This document shows positions 1 through 11,798 of a stretch of 64,000 nt of DNA, piece after piece. The position numbers and the translations under genes are program-made. How positions within the stretch are numbered: the stretch's first letter is position 1; every line of letters begins with the position of its first letter. Source of the DNA: a bacterium (GTDB taxonomy: Bacteria > UBA8248). Under the pieces are notes generated by a model. It saw only the letters and a list, made by a program, of their open reading frames with translations, was not told where the DNA came from and searched no databases. The stretch is taken from contig CBDATS010000005.1 in NCBI GenBank assembly GCA_965200245.1, forward strand, positions 640,001 through 704,000. The letters run 5' to 3'.

Positions 1-886
1 CCCTCATCAGTTCCAAGACCCGCTCACGCCCAGCGAGGTCTATATGGCACCTCACAGCGTTGTAACTTCCCTGTTCTTTCGAGACAGCTACCGCCTTGGC
101 CATCTGTCGCGGGTCCATTTCAATCAAAAGACAACCCCCGCTCGGGAGAAATTCAGGCGCCTCCCCGATGATGCGCCGGATGAAGTCCATTCCGTCCGCG
201 CCGCCATCAAGCGCGAGCCGTGGTTCGAACGAGGAAACCTCGGGCATCAGGCTTTCCAGTTCGTTCGTGGCTACATAGGGCGGGTTCGCGGCAATCAACT
301 CGAATTCCTCTCCCTCACAGAGCGAATCGAACAAATCGGAGACCAAAAACCTCGTTCGACTTTCAAGAGCGAATCTCTCCGCATTTCGCCTCGCCACTCC
401 AAGCGCCTTGGAGGAAACATCAAGCAAAGTGAGTTTCACTTCTGTCCATTCGCTCGCAATCGCCAGCCCCACTGCGCCACTACCCGCACACAGGTCGAGG
501 ACTCTGATCTCTCGCCCACATCCTGCGAGCGCCAAGGCGCGTTCGACGAGAAGCTCTGACTCAGGCCTGGGAATTAGCACGTCCGGCGAAACGGATAACG
601 ACATAGACCAGAACTCCCGCTTTCCCAAGATGTAGGACATCGGTTCGCGGGTCGATCTTCTCTGCGCCAAGGCCTCCACGCGCGCGAGCGCATCGGCCGT
701 AACCACACTCTCGGGATGGGCGTGGAGATGCGCCCTGTCACAGCCTAATACCACAGCCAGGATCAGGCGCGCATCCAGTCCCGGTGAATCCACGCCTGCC
801 GCAGCGAATCGTTCCTCCAAGCAGGAGAGGAGAGCGGACACGCTGGTTTGCGATTCGTTTTGCGCTGCGGGAGGAGAGGTCGTCAT
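1..886 (-). CDS. prmC: Release factor glutamine methyltransferase (HemK/PrmC), 3' end runs off the window
   Basis: Manual translation from ATG at 886 (ATGA overlap with the prfA stop) gives [36 protein letters not shown] and ANPPYV. It is absent from the ORF track because no stop lies in the window. Confidence 0.95.
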   Translation of the reverse strand, partial: MTTSPPAAQNESQTSVSALLSCLEERFAAAGVDSPGLDARLILAVVLGCDRAHLHAHPESVVTADALARVEALAQRRSTREPMSYILGKREFWSMSLSVSPDVLIPRPESELLVERALALAGCGREIRVLDLCAGSGAVGLAIASEWTEVKLTLLDVSSKALGVARRNAERFALESRTRFLVSDLFDSLCEGEEFELIAANPPYVATNELESLMPEVSSFEPRLALDGGADGMDFIRRIIGEAPEFLPSGGCLLIEMDPRQMAKAVAVSKEQGSYNAVRCHIDLAGRERVLELMR

Positions 887-1974
887 TCCGTGGAATGGGT
901 TTCCGTGATTTCTTCCAGTTCTGCCAAACGTTCCGCCTCGCGGTTCTCGATGACTCGCTTGACCATCTCGTCGATACCCCCTTCCATGAAACCAGGGAGA
1001 CCGTGAAGGGTGAGGCCGATGCGGTGATCGGTAACCCTGTCTTGGGGAAAGTTGTAGGTCCTTATCCGCTCGCTCCTGTCCCCACTACCCACGAGGCTCT
1101 TTCGCTGCGCGGAACGTTCTGTCATCTGCTTCTGGATTTCCATGTCGAGTAAATGGGCGGAGAGTATCTTCATCGCCTTGGCGCGGTTTTTGTGCTGGCT
1201 CTTCTCATCCTGGCAAGTGACGACGAGTCCCGTGGGCACATGGGTAATCCGCACGGCGGAATCGGTTGTGTTCACGCTCTGCCCACCCGGACCCGAGGAG
1301 CGATAGACGTCGATCCGTAAATCCTTCTCGTCAATGTTGAGCGCAATCTCATCCGCCTCAGGCAGGACGGCCACTGTGGCAGCGGAGGTATGGATTCTGC
1401 CTTGCGTCTCGGTGACGGGTACCCGTTGAACGCGGTGCGTACCACTCTCATATCGCAAACGGCTGTAGGCACCCGCCCCCTTGATGAGCACGGAGACTTC
1501 CTTGAACCCCCCCAAGTCGCTCTCGCTCTTGTTCAACTCCTCCACCCCCCAACCTTGCACTTCGGCGTAGCGCAAGTACATCCGGTACAAATTGGCTGCG
1601 AAGAGCGCAGCCTCCTGTCCACCCGTGCCCGCACGCACCTCAAGGATGACGTTCTTCTCATCGTTCGGATCCTTGGGCAACAGAAACCTACGGAGCCTCT
1701 CTTCCATTTCCTCTCGCTTGGCAACCGCTTCTTCCAGTTCCGCCTGGGCGAGTTTACTCATCTCGGGATCGCCATCCCCAAGCAGGGACTTCAAATCCTC
1801 GATAGTGTTTTCGTACCCGCGCCATTCCTCGTAGGCTAGGACAATCTGGGATAGCTCTTTGTGCTCACGCGCGGTCTGCTCGAATTTCTTGCGGTCCTTG
1901 AGCAAGGCCGGGTCCGAGAGGCGCGTTTCCAGCGTCCTGTGTTTTTCGATGATTTGTCCGATTTTTTCGAACAT
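883..1974 (-). CDS. prfA: Peptide chain release factor 1
   Basis: GGQ motif ([17 protein letters not shown]), RF1-specific PVT (RVPVTE), [10 protein letters not shown]. Start moved from the track's 2082 to the ATG at 1974 (MFEKI). Confidence 0.97.
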   Translation of the reverse strand: MFEKIGQIIEKHRTLETRLSDPALLKDRKKFEQTAREHKELSQIVLAYEEWRGYENTIEDLKSLLGDGDPEMSKLAQAELEEAVAKREEMEERLRRFLLPKDPNDEKNVILEVRAGTGGQEAALFAANLYRMYLRYAEVQGWGVEELNKSESDLGGFKEVSVLIKGAGAYSRLRYESGTHRVQRVPVTETQGRIHTSAATVAVLPEADEIALNIDEKDLRIDVYRSSGPGGQSVNTTDSAVRITHVPTGLVVTCQDEKSQHKNRAKAMKILSAHLLDMEIQKQMTERSAQRKSLVGSGDRSERIRTYNFPQDRVTDHRIGLTLHGLPGFMEGGIDEMVKRVIENREAERLAELEEITETHSTE

Positions 1975-2096
1975 GGGGGTTGACCGACGGGCAGCAAACG
2001 GGATGGCCCGGGAAAGGCTCGGGTCCATGAATTCGCGTTTGTCGAAGAGCCGCCGTACAAGGGCAGACCCCGAGGCAAACACACAAGACTCCTAGC

Positions 2097-2579
2097 TTAT
2101 GAATCCTCAGACTTCTCGACTTCTCCAGTCGGTTCAGGAGCAGGCAAGGCATCTTCAGCCACAGCGACCACCTCCGCCTCTGTGGATTGCGCTTTCTCCG
2201 CTTGCGTGGCCTGCCTAGCAGCGCGCTCCTCGGCGCGTTTTTTGCGAGCTTCTTCTCGGCGCGCTTTTTCTTCCTCCGCCTTCTCGGCGGCCAGCTTCGC
2301 CTCGCGCTCCAACCGGGCCACACGTTCCGCCTCGGCGGCAGCTTGCTTACGCTTGCGCTTGGAGACCCTTGTCTCTTTGCCCTCGAATTTCTTCACGAAC
2401 TTCTCTACGCGGCCTTCGGTGTCCACGATGCGCGCCTGCTTTCCAGTGAAGAACGGATGGCACTGCGAGCAAACCTCTACTCGAATTTCAGTGCGTGTGG
2501 AGAATGTCGTGAATTCAGTGCCACAACCACTACAGGAAACCCTGCACTCGAACAACTCGGGGTGAATTTCAGCTTTCAT
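2097..2579 (-). CDS. rpmE: 50S ribosomal protein L31 with a long charged C-terminal extension
   Basis: [22 protein letters not shown] and DTEGRVEKF motifs; classic rho-rpmE-prfA-prmC order. Confidence 0.95.
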   Translation of the reverse strand: MKAEIHPELFECRVSCSGCGTEFTTFSTRTEIRVEVCSQCHPFFTGKQARIVDTEGRVEKFVKKFEGKETRVSKRKRKQAAAEAERVARLEREAKLAAEKAEEEKARREEARKKRAEERAARQATQAEKAQSTEAEVVAVAEDALPAPEPTGEVEKSEDS

Positions 2580-2692
2580 AACCGGGCGCTCCAAAATCTA
2601 GGGGTCCGAACGTCTGAAACCATTTTGTAAATTTCGATAAATTGAGGGGGTCTTTCTGCAAAAACCGGCCCACCTCCCCTACGTGGAAAGCG

Positions 2693-2721
2693 TTTATACT
2701 GAAACGCCAGCCGCTTGTCTA
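2693..2721 (-). promoter_or_regulatory. Putative sigma70 promoter for rpmE-prfA-prmC
   Basis: TAGACA-17 bp-TATAAA on the minus strand. Confidence 0.55.
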
Positions 2722-2751
2722 CCCAAAAAATCGCGGAAAAACAAGAGGTTG

Positions 2752-4044
2752 CTAGCTATTCATCGAGGCGAGGAAATCCTCGTTCGTCTTTGTCTCCTGG
2801 ATTTTCTCAAGCAGGAGTTCCATCGAATCCACTACGCCGAGTGGCTGCAAAACTTTGCGTAACACCCACACGCGGTTGAGTTCTTGCGGGGTGAGCAACA
2901 ATTCCTCTTTCCTCGTACCGGACTTGTTGATGTCTACCGAGGGGAACACGCGCTTGTCGGAGAGTTTCCTGTCGAGGTGCACTTCCATGTTGCCCGTGCC
3001 CTTGAACTCCTCGAAAATTACGTCGTCCATACGGCTACCCGTCTCCACCAGCGCCGTGGCGAGAATGGTCAGGCTACCACCTTCCTCAAGGTTTCGCGCA
3101 GCGCCGAAAAAACGCTTGGGCCGCTGGAGCGCGTTCGAGTCCACGCCACCGGATAGGACCTTTCCACTCGGTGAGATGATAGTGTTGTGCGCACGCGCCA
3201 ACCGCGTGATGGAATCGAGCAGAATGACGACATCCTGTTTGTGCTCGGTAAGCCTTTTCGCCTTCTCGATCACCATGTCCGCAACTTGGACGTGGCGAGA
3301 GGCCGGCTCGTCGAAGGTCGAACTGATAACTTCCCCACGCACAGAACGTTCCATGTCCGTGACTTCCTCGGGACGTTCGTCGATGAGCAAAACGATAAGA
3401 TGCACCTCGGGGTGGTTTGTCGCGATGCTCTTCGCGATCGACTGAAGCATCATTGTTTTACCGGTCCGTGGAGCGGCGACGATGAGGCCACGCTGCCCGA
3501 AGCCTATCGGCGTCATGAGGTCCAAAACGCGTGAACTCACCTCTTCCCCGGACATCTCAAGCTTTATTCTTCGGTTCGGATACAGGGGGGTGAGGTTGTC
3601 GAAGAGAACCTTGTCCTTGCTCGCTTCGGGAGGCTCGAAATTGATTTTCTCGACCTTCAAGAGCGCGAAGTATCGCTCACCCTCCTTGGGCTGGCGAATT
3701 TCTCCACTCACCGTATCGCCAGTACGAAGATCGAAGCGGCGGATTTGGCTGGGAGAAACATAGATATCATCAGGGCCGGGCAGATAGTTGTAAGCTGGCG
3801 AACGCAGAAACCCGAAACCGTCCGGCAAAATCTCAAGCACACCCTCTCCGGTGATGATCCCGCCCCCGCCGTTGCGATCCTTGTCGGATTGCGCTTCGAG
3901 AATCTTGTAAATCAGATCCTGTTTTCTGAGCCCACCGGCGTTTTCGGCGTTGAACTCTTTGAGAATCTGATTAAGTTCTCCAATGGTCTTTCTCTTCAAT
4001 TCCGCCAAGTTCAAACTGCGAGATGTTGTTTCGATTGTTGCCAT
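2752..4044 (-). CDS. rho: Transcription termination factor Rho
   Basis: [28 protein letters not shown], Walker A (APRTGKT), [20 protein letters not shown]. The ATG at 4044 follows AAGGAGAAGGGAG. Confidence 0.98.
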   Translation of the reverse strand: MATIETTSRSLNLAELKRKTIGELNQILKEFNAENAGGLRKQDLIYKILEAQSDKDRNGGGGIITGEGVLEILPDGFGFLRSPAYNYLPGPDDIYVSPSQIRRFDLRTGDTVSGEIRQPKEGERYFALLKVEKINFEPPEASKDKVLFDNLTPLYPNRRIKLEMSGEEVSSRVLDLMTPIGFGQRGLIVAAPRTGKTMMLQSIAKSIATNHPEVHLIVLLIDERPEEVTDMERSVRGEVISSTFDEPASRHVQVADMVIEKAKRLTEHKQDVVILLDSITRLARAHNTIISPSGKVLSGGVDSNALQRPKRFFGAARNLEEGGSLTILATALVETGSRMDDVIFEEFKGTGNMEVHLDRKLSDKRVFPSVDINKSGTRKEELLLTPQELNRVWVLRKVLQPLGVVDSMELLLEKIQETKTNEDFLASMNS

Positions 4045-4454
4045 AACTCCCTTCTCCTTGGTTGGGTAGGCATCACTTACCGCCAGGAACGTGAGATGAT
4101 GCCTTCTGGTCGCACCACCCGCCACATTCAGCGCGGGGAGACTTTTCCTCCTAGCCTCAAGCGATAAGGTTGATAAATTGAGATTCCTTAATGTCTGATT
4201 CAAGAATTGGTTCTCATCGCCGGGTGCGATGTGAAACGCGCGTTCGGGTGTATTTCATCACCATTCATAGGTACTCACTTGAACCCATTTATGGAAACAT
4301 ATTTCTGCGCGGAGAGAAATATAACTTCACGCTTCTATTTTTCCCAAGATAAGTTCTACTCTTTTCTTAAAGCTCTAAATCGTTCTGTTTCTGATGGTAT
4401 TTGAAGTCTAGGGCAACGAAAATACATTAGGGATTGACTCACATGTATATTGAA

Positions 4455-4483
4455 AAAATAATCAGTTCGAACAAGTTTGTCAA
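4455..4483 (-). promoter_or_regulatory. Putative sigma70 promoter for rho, implying a leader of about 400 nt
   Basis: TTGACA-17 bp-TATTTT on the minus strand, just downstream of the coaE stop. Confidence 0.55.
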
Positions 4484-4494
4484 CACATTTTATT

Positions 4495-5094
4495 TCATTT
4501 CCCAAAAAGCATATCGATCAACTCCTCCACTTGCTTTCGGGTATCGTCTATCGAGCCGCGATTGTCAATCACGTAATCGGCGTATCCTACCTTTTCCGAG
4601 AGCGGCATCTGCGCATCGACGCGCCTTTTGGCTTCTTCTTCGTTCATTGCGTTGCGCTGGCACAATCGGCCGATTTGCTGAGATTCATCGCAATCGACCA
4701 CCACAATCTTGTCGAATCTCTTCCAGCTTCCAGACTCGATCATGACAGCGGCGTCCACGACCGCAACGGGCACATTCCCTGTCAATTCGATATCCCGCAA
4801 CTGTCTGTCCTGCTCAGCGATGATTTCAGGATGCAAAATTCCCTCGAGAATCTTCTTTTTCGCTGGATCGGAAAAAACGATTTCGCCGAGTCGAGCCCGG
4901 TTCAGACTCTTGTCTTCGGTGAGCACCCCTTCTCCAAAGGCATCAATGATCGCCTTAAGAGCGGGAGTTCCCGGAGCGACTACTTCACGCGCGATCAAGT
5001 CTGCATCAATTACCGGTACACCAAAGTCGCGGAACATCCCGCTCACCGTGGATTTTCCGCTGGCGATTCCCCCAGTCAAACCAACCTTGCGCAT
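4495..5094 (-). CDS. coaE: Dephospho-CoA kinase
   Basis: VGLTGGIASGKSTV, IDADLIAREVV, ADYVIDN. Confidence 0.96.
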   Translation of the reverse strand: MRKVGLTGGIASGKSTVSGMFRDFGVPVIDADLIAREVVAPGTPALKAIIDAFGEGVLTEDKSLNRARLGEIVFSDPAKKKILEGILHPEIIAEQDRQLRDIELTGNVPVAVVDAAVMIESGSWKRFDKIVVVDCDESQQIGRLCQRNAMNEEEAKRRVDAQMPLSEKVGYADYVIDNRGSIDDTRKQVEELIDMLFGK

Positions 5095-5157
5095 GTCATC
5101 GCTTTCGGATTTCGGGAAGCATCACATGAAGACATCATTCGAAATCAAGCAAGAAGA

Positions 5158-5433
5158 TTAAATACCTCTTCGCTTGGCCTCTTGCTCATAGTGCTTGTTG
5201 AAAAGCATCTCCCAATCACGGCTTCCCTCGATCAACCTGCTAGAATATGTGCTCAGGACTCTTCGCACCTCTTCTTCTATTTCGTCATCAATGATCAATT
5301 CATTACTGACGGCGCGAAGAACATTCATGCGCAACTCTTCGGGCTCGACGAGAAAATCCACATCCTCGCACTCTTCGATATCCTTAACGATCAAATTCGT
5401 TAAATGGTTGATCTTCTCGCGGCTGAGTTTCAT
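5158..5433 (-). CDS. DUF507-family protein
   Basis: MKLSREKINHL start, acidic helical 91-aa protein, paired with the upstream paralog. Confidence 0.75.
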   Translation of the reverse strand: MKLSREKINHLTNLIVKDIEECEDVDFLVEPEELRMNVLRAVSNELIIDDEIEEEVRRVLSTYSSRLIEGSRDWEMLFNKHYEQEAKRRGI

Positions 5434-5484
5434 GGCCGCGTCTCCTTGCTGAAAAGAGGAACCCCAAAAAACCTCGTCACCGCT

Positions 5485-5766
5485 TCAAAGCACGAGGTTT
5501 CGCTCACGAGCAAGTTTCGTTTTCACCATCGTAAACATCCGGCTATAGTCCACGTTGCTCCTGTCCATCTCTTCCTCGAAACCCCGCAGGATTTCCTTGA
5601 TTTCGTCGTTCAAACGATCCTCCACCATCAAATCCGATTCGATGACGTGTTCAATCCGGGTCCTGAGCACCGCATGGTTCGAATCTTCAGATATCAATTT
5701 ACGCCGAATCAACCTATCGACGATCTTGTGGGCAATCCGCTCGATCATCTCTCTTCTCAATCTCAT
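5485..5766 (-). CDS. DUF507-family protein
   Basis: EDRLNDEIKEIL...VDYSRMFTMVKTKLARERNLVL is typical of DUF507. Confidence 0.8.
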   Translation of the reverse strand: MRLRREMIERIAHKIVDRLIRRKLISEDSNHAVLRTRIEHVIESDLMVEDRLNDEIKEILRGFEEEMDRSNVDYSRMFTMVKTKLARERNLVL

Positions 5767-5786
5767 ATCAGGCCCTCCCTAACAAT

Positions 5787-6857
5787 TTACAAAGCCGGAT
5801 TACCCGCTTTCATGACGCGGCGGCTCTTGCGGTACTTCTTCAAAGCGGCTTCTAAATCCTGAGCGAAAGCCTCGCGTAATTCGGCCGGAGCCATCAACTC
5901 CGCTTCATGACCGAAAGACATCAACCATCGCCTGAAACCCCATACATCACTTACCCGAACCATGATGTCGCGGGTCGACTTGCCTTGTTTCTTGATATGC
6001 TCCACTTTGCCGAATGCCTCTTTCATGAAAGAAACGACTGCATGAAGCGCCACACCCTTGCCGAAACGAACCCTCACATTCAAACCATTATTCATCGCTT
6101 CGCGCAAGCACTCGGCCAGCAAAGCCTTCAAATCCAGCTCCAATGGCATCTGAAAGGCTCCAGCCATAACGCGGACGCGCTCAATGCCCTCTAGATGCCA
6201 GACGCTCAAGGTGTCTTTTTCTGATACCCGCGCCAGCAAGTGATAGCCTCCACCATCAAAATGCAGGAGGTATGGATCTATCTTCCACCAGCGTTTTCGA
6301 ATCTCGCCCGCGCGGGCCGCCAGGATTCGGACAGGATTTCCATTTTCTATTGCTTCGATCAGAGCACCTCCCACCCTGCGCTGCTGCCCATGTTCCCTGA
6401 GTGCTCCCAAGACACCAGCGTAGCGCGGCTCTACCCCCTCCGCATACGCGCGCAAAGCAGCGGGGATATGCCTCCGCAACTGGCTGAAAACGCCGGCCAC
6501 GCTATCGCTCAGCGATTCCTCCCTCAGCGGGCTTCCCGGCAAATCTCGCAGCGTGCACAGAGCATAATACAAAGAAGCCCACTGCGAAGGCGAAAACGGC
6601 TTCGGAACAGAATCTATATATTCTCTCAATAAACGATATCGCATCTTGCGACCCGCGCGGATTCTTTCCAGCGGGAATCCCACTTTCACCAAATGCGAAA
6701 TATCCCTTTGAAGCGTTCTCAGGCTCCACGTCTGGCCGTCGCCAGCAGTCGATTCCTCACGCAAGAGAAAGAGGAGTTCTTCATAGGAGTGGCTATCCCC
6801 ATTCTCCAAAGCCCTCAAAACCCTCCAACGGCGTATGAACTGATCCCGAATCGCCAT
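5787..6857 (-). CDS. HTH-WYL-WCX transcriptional regulator (YafY/PafBC-like)
   Basis: N-terminal HTH (SLRTLQRDISHLVKVGFPL), WYL-like core (IDPYLLHFDGGGYHLLA...LEGIERV), WCX tail (RWLMSFGHEAELMAPAELRE). Start set at ATG 6857, not the track's 7115. Confidence 0.85.
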   Translation of the reverse strand: MAIRDQFIRRWRVLRALENGDSHSYEELLFLLREESTAGDGQTWSLRTLQRDISHLVKVGFPLERIRAGRKMRYRLLREYIDSVPKPFSPSQWASLYYALCTLRDLPGSPLREESLSDSVAGVFSQLRRHIPAALRAYAEGVEPRYAGVLGALREHGQQRRVGGALIEAIENGNPVRILAARAGEIRKRWWKIDPYLLHFDGGGYHLLARVSEKDTLSVWHLEGIERVRVMAGAFQMPLELDLKALLAECLREAMNNGLNVRVRFGKGVALHAVVSFMKEAFGKVEHIKKQGKSTRDIMVRVSDVWGFRRWLMSFGHEAELMAPAELREAFAQDLEAALKKYRKSRRVMKAGNPAL

Positions 6858-6867
6858 AAGGCGTACC

Positions 6868-7743
6868 TCAAACCGTTGTCGGACGGACTTTCGCCCGTTT
6901 CGATAATTCAAGCAATAAACGCAAGGGTTGTGAGAATTTCCCCAGTCTATCCCGCTTGAGGGGGACACCATGACAATCGGAGCCCCCCATGCACAAAATA
7001 CCGTATTTTTGGGCCATATTGCGGTAATGGCGCTGCGCGTCCGCGTCTTGCGAGGGATGCTCCACCTCAACGCCTGCGAGTCCTGCTTCCACGAGGGCCG
7101 GGACAATATCGTCACACGCGCTCAGCAAGGGATGGGCCAGCGTGGCGGCTCCACCGGCGTCACGAATGAGTTCCAGCGCATCAAAAGGTGTAAGGGTATT
7201 CAGTTCCACGTAGCAAGGCGCGCTTTCGCCGATATATTTCTCAAATATCTCCTCAAGCGATTTTGCGAGCCCTTTTCTGAGCATATACGCCCCCAACTGG
7301 CCCCGGGTGATGCTCGGGCTGTCCGCATAGGCGGTGAAAAAATCCTCCTTATCCAGCCGCAGGCCGGAGCGGTTGAGCAGATCGATCATCTGTCCCATTC
7401 GCTTCACCCGAGCGGAGCCGCGCTCCTTGATTTGCGCCGCAAGGCGGGGCGCGTCCGGCTGAATGAAGTGGCCGAGCAAATGCACACTGCGGCCAACGTG
7501 CTCGCATGTGAACTCAATGCCCGGAACAAACGCCATGCCCTGCTTTTTCGCCTCCTCGCTCGCGCGCGGTAAACCGGCAACCGTATCGTGATCCGTTAGC
7601 GATATAGCGCGTATCCCGGCGCGTTTCGCCCTTCGGATCAGCTTTTCCGGGGATTCAAGTCCATCGGACATATTCGAATGGGTATGAAGATCCACAACCT
7701 TGTCATCGAGAGAAAGACCCTTGAAATGCAGGACATCCACCAT
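6868..7743 (-). CDS. PHP-domain phosphoesterase (TrpH/YciV-like)
   Basis: DLHTHSNMSDG, SLTDHDT, PGIE, VHLLG, LAHP and GGSDCHG metal-binding motifs. Confidence 0.92.
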   Translation of the reverse strand: MVDVLHFKGLSLDDKVVDLHTHSNMSDGLESPEKLIRRAKRAGIRAISLTDHDTVAGLPRASEEAKKQGMAFVPGIEFTCEHVGRSVHLLGHFIQPDAPRLAAQIKERGSARVKRMGQMIDLLNRSGLRLDKEDFFTAYADSPSITRGQLGAYMLRKGLAKSLEEIFEKYIGESAPCYVELNTLTPFDALELIRDAGGAATLAHPLLSACDDIVPALVEAGLAGVEVEHPSQDADAQRHYRNMAQKYGILCMGGSDCHGVPLKRDRLGKFSQPLRLLLELSKRAKVRPTTV

Positions 7744-7798
7744 GGGTTCAGACTCCTAGATACAAGTGAAACGCCGGACTTTCACCCGACTCGATGAA

Positions 7799-7873
<75 letters not shown>

Positions 7874-7883
7874 CTACACAAAA

Positions 7884-7913
7884 ACGATAGGGCTATGTCG
7901 ACGAAAGTGTCAA
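7884..7913 (-). promoter_or_regulatory. Putative sigma70 promoter of tRNA-Gly
   Basis: TTGACA-18 bp-TATCGT, ending 10 bp before the tRNA 5' end. Confidence 0.5.
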
Positions 7914-7951
7914 GGAAATGAATAGAGAAAAAATACAATTGGTGGGTATAC

Positions 7952-8800
7952 TCATCTCGCTAAGGTCCACTCCCGGTTTTCGTATCGGGCGCCGGATATC
8001 TCCAACACCCTTTCATTTTCGACGCTCGACAACCCTCCCGGACAAAAACGAAAACCAAGCACTTTCTCCAAACCCGCCTTCAAGGCACCAGCCACATCAC
8101 CAAATGGAACTTCCTCGCCCAGAACCTCCCAAAGGCCAACTGCGTGGGCCTGGAGAGAAAGCGAACGCTCGGCCCCTCTCGGTTTGAGGAGACTCGCGAG
8201 GCGCTCCTCCGAAGAGCGAAGCAAAACGCTACCGTGCTGCAAAACGGCACCGCCCTCTCGGCACTGTGCGCTTCCCACCACTTTCTTTCCGGCGATTGCA
8301 AGCTCCCAAACCGAAGCCGTGGCAAAACAAGAGCCTTGCGAAACGTAAGCACTTCCGCTCGGGGAAACCAGTTCGACCTGCGTACCCAAAGCAGCCAGTC
8401 CTTCGGCCAACCCGAAGCTGATTCTACGATAGGTTTCCTCAATCGCATCGCCCAACAGCACCTGCGGACCGATGACAGAATACGTCAATTCGCACTCATG
8501 GAGCACCGCTCGTCCGCCGGTGAGTCTCCGACATAAGTCGATTCCTTCTTCCGCGAGTCGTTCCAGGAAAATATCTCGCTCGGCTGCTTGGCCGCGTCCC
8601 AGAGATATGGCCGGGGGCGACCACGCGTAAACGCGGAAAGTGACGGGCGCCTCTTCTGGCGGGTGACCACCTTTCAGGAACGCCCGGCAACTCTCGAACA
8701 ACAGTTCGTCCACCGCCATGTTCCAAGCAGCGGCGGCCTCGCCCGTGTTCAGGAAACGCGCAAGGGGAGCGTCTTTCTGTTCGGGATTCGTGGGATACAT
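7952..8800 (-). CDS. Lipoate-protein ligase A family protein (LipM-like octanoyltransferase)
   Basis: NMAVDE, RRLTGGRAVLH, KKVVGSAQ, LQHGS; directly downstream of gcvP. Confidence 0.9.
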   Translation of the reverse strand: MYPTNPEQKDAPLARFLNTGEAAAAWNMAVDELLFESCRAFLKGGHPPEEAPVTFRVYAWSPPAISLGRGQAAERDIFLERLAEEGIDLCRRLTGGRAVLHECELTYSVIGPQVLLGDAIEETYRRISFGLAEGLAALGTQVELVSPSGSAYVSQGSCFATASVWELAIAGKKVVGSAQCREGGAVLQHGSVLLRSSEERLASLLKPRGAERSLSLQAHAVGLWEVLGEEVPFGDVAGALKAGLEKVLGFRFCPGGLSSVENERVLEISGARYENREWTLAR

Positions 8801-8802
8801 TC

Positions 8803-11691
8803 TCAGGCGTAGTTCTCAACAGGCAAACAAGAGCAGACCAGGTTCCTGTCTCCATAGGGGTTGTTCACCCGCTTGACGGGAGGCCAGTATTTCGCCGCGC
8901 GCACCCAAGGCAACGGGAAGACAGCTTTCTCGCGCGAGTAGGGGTGGGCCCATTCATCAGATGCAATGTCCGACGCCGTATGGGGGGCGTTTTTCAGAAC
9001 GTTGTCCTCGGTGCTCATCAGCCCGTCTGCGATTTCCTGGATGTCGCGCCGGATGTCGATCATCGCATCACAGAAACGATCCAGTTCCTCTCGCGATTCG
9101 CTCTCGGTCGGTTCGATCATCAAGGTTCCTGCTACCGGGAAGGACATTGTGGGTGCATGGAAACCATAATCCATCAGGCGCTTCGCGATGTCCTCGTTCG
9201 TTACACCCGAAGCCTCCTGCAAGGGCCTTATGTCGATAATGCACTCGTGTGCAACCATATCGTTCGCCCCCTTGTATAGAACCTCATAGTGGGGCTCAAG
9301 CCTCCTCGCCACGTAGTTCGCGTTCAAAATGGCCACCTGCGTCGCCTTTATGAGACCTTCACCACCCATCATGGCGATATACATCCAGGAGATAGGAAGA
9401 ATCCCCGCACTCCCCCAAGGAGCTGCAGAAATCGCGTCGACACCCGTCTCTGGCCCGGCACCCGAAACCACCGAGTGTTTCGGAAGGTAAGGAGACAGGT
9501 GCTTCACGACGCCGATGGGGCCCATGCCGGGTCCACCGCCTCCGTGGGGGATACAAAACGTCTTGTGGAGGTTCATATGGGAGGTGTCGGGACCAAATTC
9601 GCCCGGCTTGCAAATTCCGACCAGGGCATTCAGGTTCGCGCCGTCCATATACACCTGACCGCCATTTTTGTGGATGATGTCGCAAATTTCCCCTATGCCC
9701 TCTTCAAACACACCGTGTGTTGAGGGATAGGTGATCATCAAAGCGGCCAGTTTTTCGGAAAATTTCTCGGCCTTTTCCCTCAAATCCGCAATGTCCACGT
9801 TCCCGTTCGAGTCACAATCGACGACCACCACCTCGAAGCCCGCCATGACCGCGCTCGCGGGATTCGTTCCGTGGGCCGAACTCGGAATCAGACAAATGTT
9901 CCGGTAGTCCTCGTTTTTGCTCCTATGGTATTCGCGGATGACCAGCAAGCCCGCGTATTCTCCTTGCGCACCCGAATTGGGCTGCATGGAAATGGAATCG
10001 AAGGCCGTGCACTCGGCCAGCATATTCTCCAAATCGGCAATGAAGTCCAGATAACCGCGGACCTGCTCTTCGGGCGCGAAGGGATGAACGCCGCTGAATT
10101 CCTTCCAAGTCACGGGAATCATCTCAGTGGTGGCGTTGAGCTTCATGGTGCACGAGCCGAGCGGAATCATCGAGCGCGTAAGCGCAATGTCCTTCTCCTG
10201 AAGGCGGTAGATGTAGCGTAGCATCTCATGTTCGGCGTGATAGGAATTGAAAACCGGATGAGACATATAGGGGGAGGTTCTTCGCAGGGAATCCGGAATT
10301 CTCTCCGCAGTTCCCGCCTCAACTTCTTCGAACGATATGTGGGCTGCTCCTTCTCTGTTAAAAACTTCCCAGAGTACTTCTACGTCCTCTCTCCCGGTAG
10401 TCTCATCCAGGGCAACACCGACGGTATCCTTATCAAGCGCTCTTACGTTCATTCGCCGCGCAGCGGCTTTTTCGACGATGTGGGTCGCACCACCCTCGCC
10501 CACACGCACTGCTACGGTGTCGAAAAATGAATCCGCAACCAGAGCATAGCCCATGCCTTCCAAGCCACTGGCCAGCGTACAAGCCAGGCGGTGCGTTCTT
10601 TGAGCGATGCGCTTGACGCCTTCTGGGCCGTGATAGACACCGTACATACTCGCGATGACGGCCAGAAGTACCTGGGCCGTGCATATGTTGCTCGTGGCAC
10701 GTTCGCGGCGTATGTGCTGTTCTCTGGTCTGCAGGGAAAGCCTGAGAGCGGGTTTTTCGTCTGCGTCGATGGAGACACCGACGATGCGGCCCGGCATGGC
10801 GCGTTTGTACTGCTCCTTCGTGGCCAGATAGGCCGCGTGCGGCCCCCCGAAATCAAGGGGAACACCGAAACGCTGAGAGTTTCCGACGACGACATCCGCT
10901 CCGAACTCCCCCGGGGGGGTCAAAAGCGCGAGAGCGAGAATGTCTGCGGCGACGACGACCAAGGCGTCGGTCTGATGCGCCCTCTCCGCAAAATCGGCGT
11001 AGTCGAATATATCCCCGCCTGTTGCGGGATACTGGAGCAAGACACCGAACATATCCTCTTCCAGCGCGCCGTCCCGATGATCGCCCACCACGACTTCGAT
11101 GTCTTGGGGCTCCGCCCTGGTGCGCACAACTTCGATGGTCTGGGGATGGCATTCCCTGGAGACGAAGAACTTGCGCCCCTTGTTCTTGCTCACGTTCATG
11201 ACCATCGTCATCGCCTCGGCTGCGGCAGTCCCTTCATCCAGCAAGGAGGCGTTGGCGATTTCCATGCCTGTGAGATCCATGATCATGGTCTGGAAATTGA
11301 GGAGCGCCTCCATCCGGCCCTGCGAGATCTCCGGCTGATAAGGCGTGTATGCCGTGTACCAGCCCGGATTCTCCAGAATGTTGCGTAGAATTACCGTCGG
11401 CGTGTGGCAATCCGAATAGCCCATGCCGAGCATGGACTTGAACACTTGGTTTCGGGTTGCGAACGCCGCCAAATCGGCCAATGCGCGCTGCTCCGTTCTG
11501 GGCGCTGCAAGGCCGAAACCCGTCTTTGAGATGATGGACGAGGGTACGGCTTTCTTAACTAGTTCTTCAAGGGAATTAAGGCCGATCACTCCGAGCATCG
11601 ACGCGATGTCCCCATCGTTCGGCGCGATATGACGATGGATGAATTCGCCGCGATATTCGAGATCTTCGAGAGGCAAGCGAGATTCCGGCAT
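8803..11691 (-). CDS. gcvP: Glycine dehydrogenase (decarboxylating), single-chain P protein
   Basis: [43 protein letters not shown]-lysine motif [18 protein letters not shown]. Confidence 0.98.
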   Translation of the reverse strand: MPESRLPLEDLEYRGEFIHRHIAPNDGDIASMLGVIGLNSLEELVKKAVPSSIISKTGFGLAAPRTEQRALADLAAFATRNQVFKSMLGMGYSDCHTPTVILRNILENPGWYTAYTPYQPEISQGRMEALLNFQTMIMDLTGMEIANASLLDEGTAAAEAMTMVMNVSKNKGRKFFVSRECHPQTIEVVRTRAEPQDIEVVVGDHRDGALEEDMFGVLLQYPATGGDIFDYADFAERAHQTDALVVVAADILALALLTPPGEFGADVVVGNSQRFGVPLDFGGPHAAYLATKEQYKRAMPGRIVGVSIDADEKPALRLSLQTREQHIRRERATSNICTAQVLLAVIASMYGVYHGPEGVKRIAQRTHRLACTLASGLEGMGYALVADSFFDTVAVRVGEGGATHIVEKAAARRMNVRALDKDTVGVALDETTGREDVEVLWEVFNREGAAHISFEEVEAGTAERIPDSLRRTSPYMSHPVFNSYHAEHEMLRYIYRLQEKDIALTRSMIPLGSCTMKLNATTEMIPVTWKEFSGVHPFAPEEQVRGYLDFIADLENMLAECTAFDSISMQPNSGAQGEYAGLLVIREYHRSKNEDYRNICLIPSSAHGTNPASAVMAGFEVVVVDCDSNGNVDIADLREKAEKFSEKLAALMITYPSTHGVFEEGIGEICDIIHKNGGQVYMDGANLNALVGICKPGEFGPDTSHMNLHKTFCIPHGGGGPGMGPIGVVKHLSPYLPKHSVVSGAGPETGVDAISAAPWGSAGILPISWMYIAMMGGEGLIKATQVAILNANYVARRLEPHYEVLYKGANDMVAHECIIDIRPLQEASGVTNEDIAKRLMDYGFHAPTMSFPVAGTLMIEPTESESREELDRFCDAMIDIRRDIQEIADGLMSTEDNVLKNAPHTASDIASDEWAHPYSREKAVFPLPWVRAAKYWPPVKRVNNPYGDRNLVCSCLPVENYA

Positions 11692-11798
11692 GAATGCGCC
11701 CCTTTAGCTTATAGGGATTCAGGCGGATAAACCATTTCTGCTCTGGCCCCAGAGGAATAGAAACACTCTACCGGCGCGAAGAAGAAAACCGGCACAGG

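Noticed and set aside
4045-4203. N-terminal extension of Rho suggested by the ORF track
   Set aside because: A strong RBS precedes ATG 4044 and the extension is not Rho-like.
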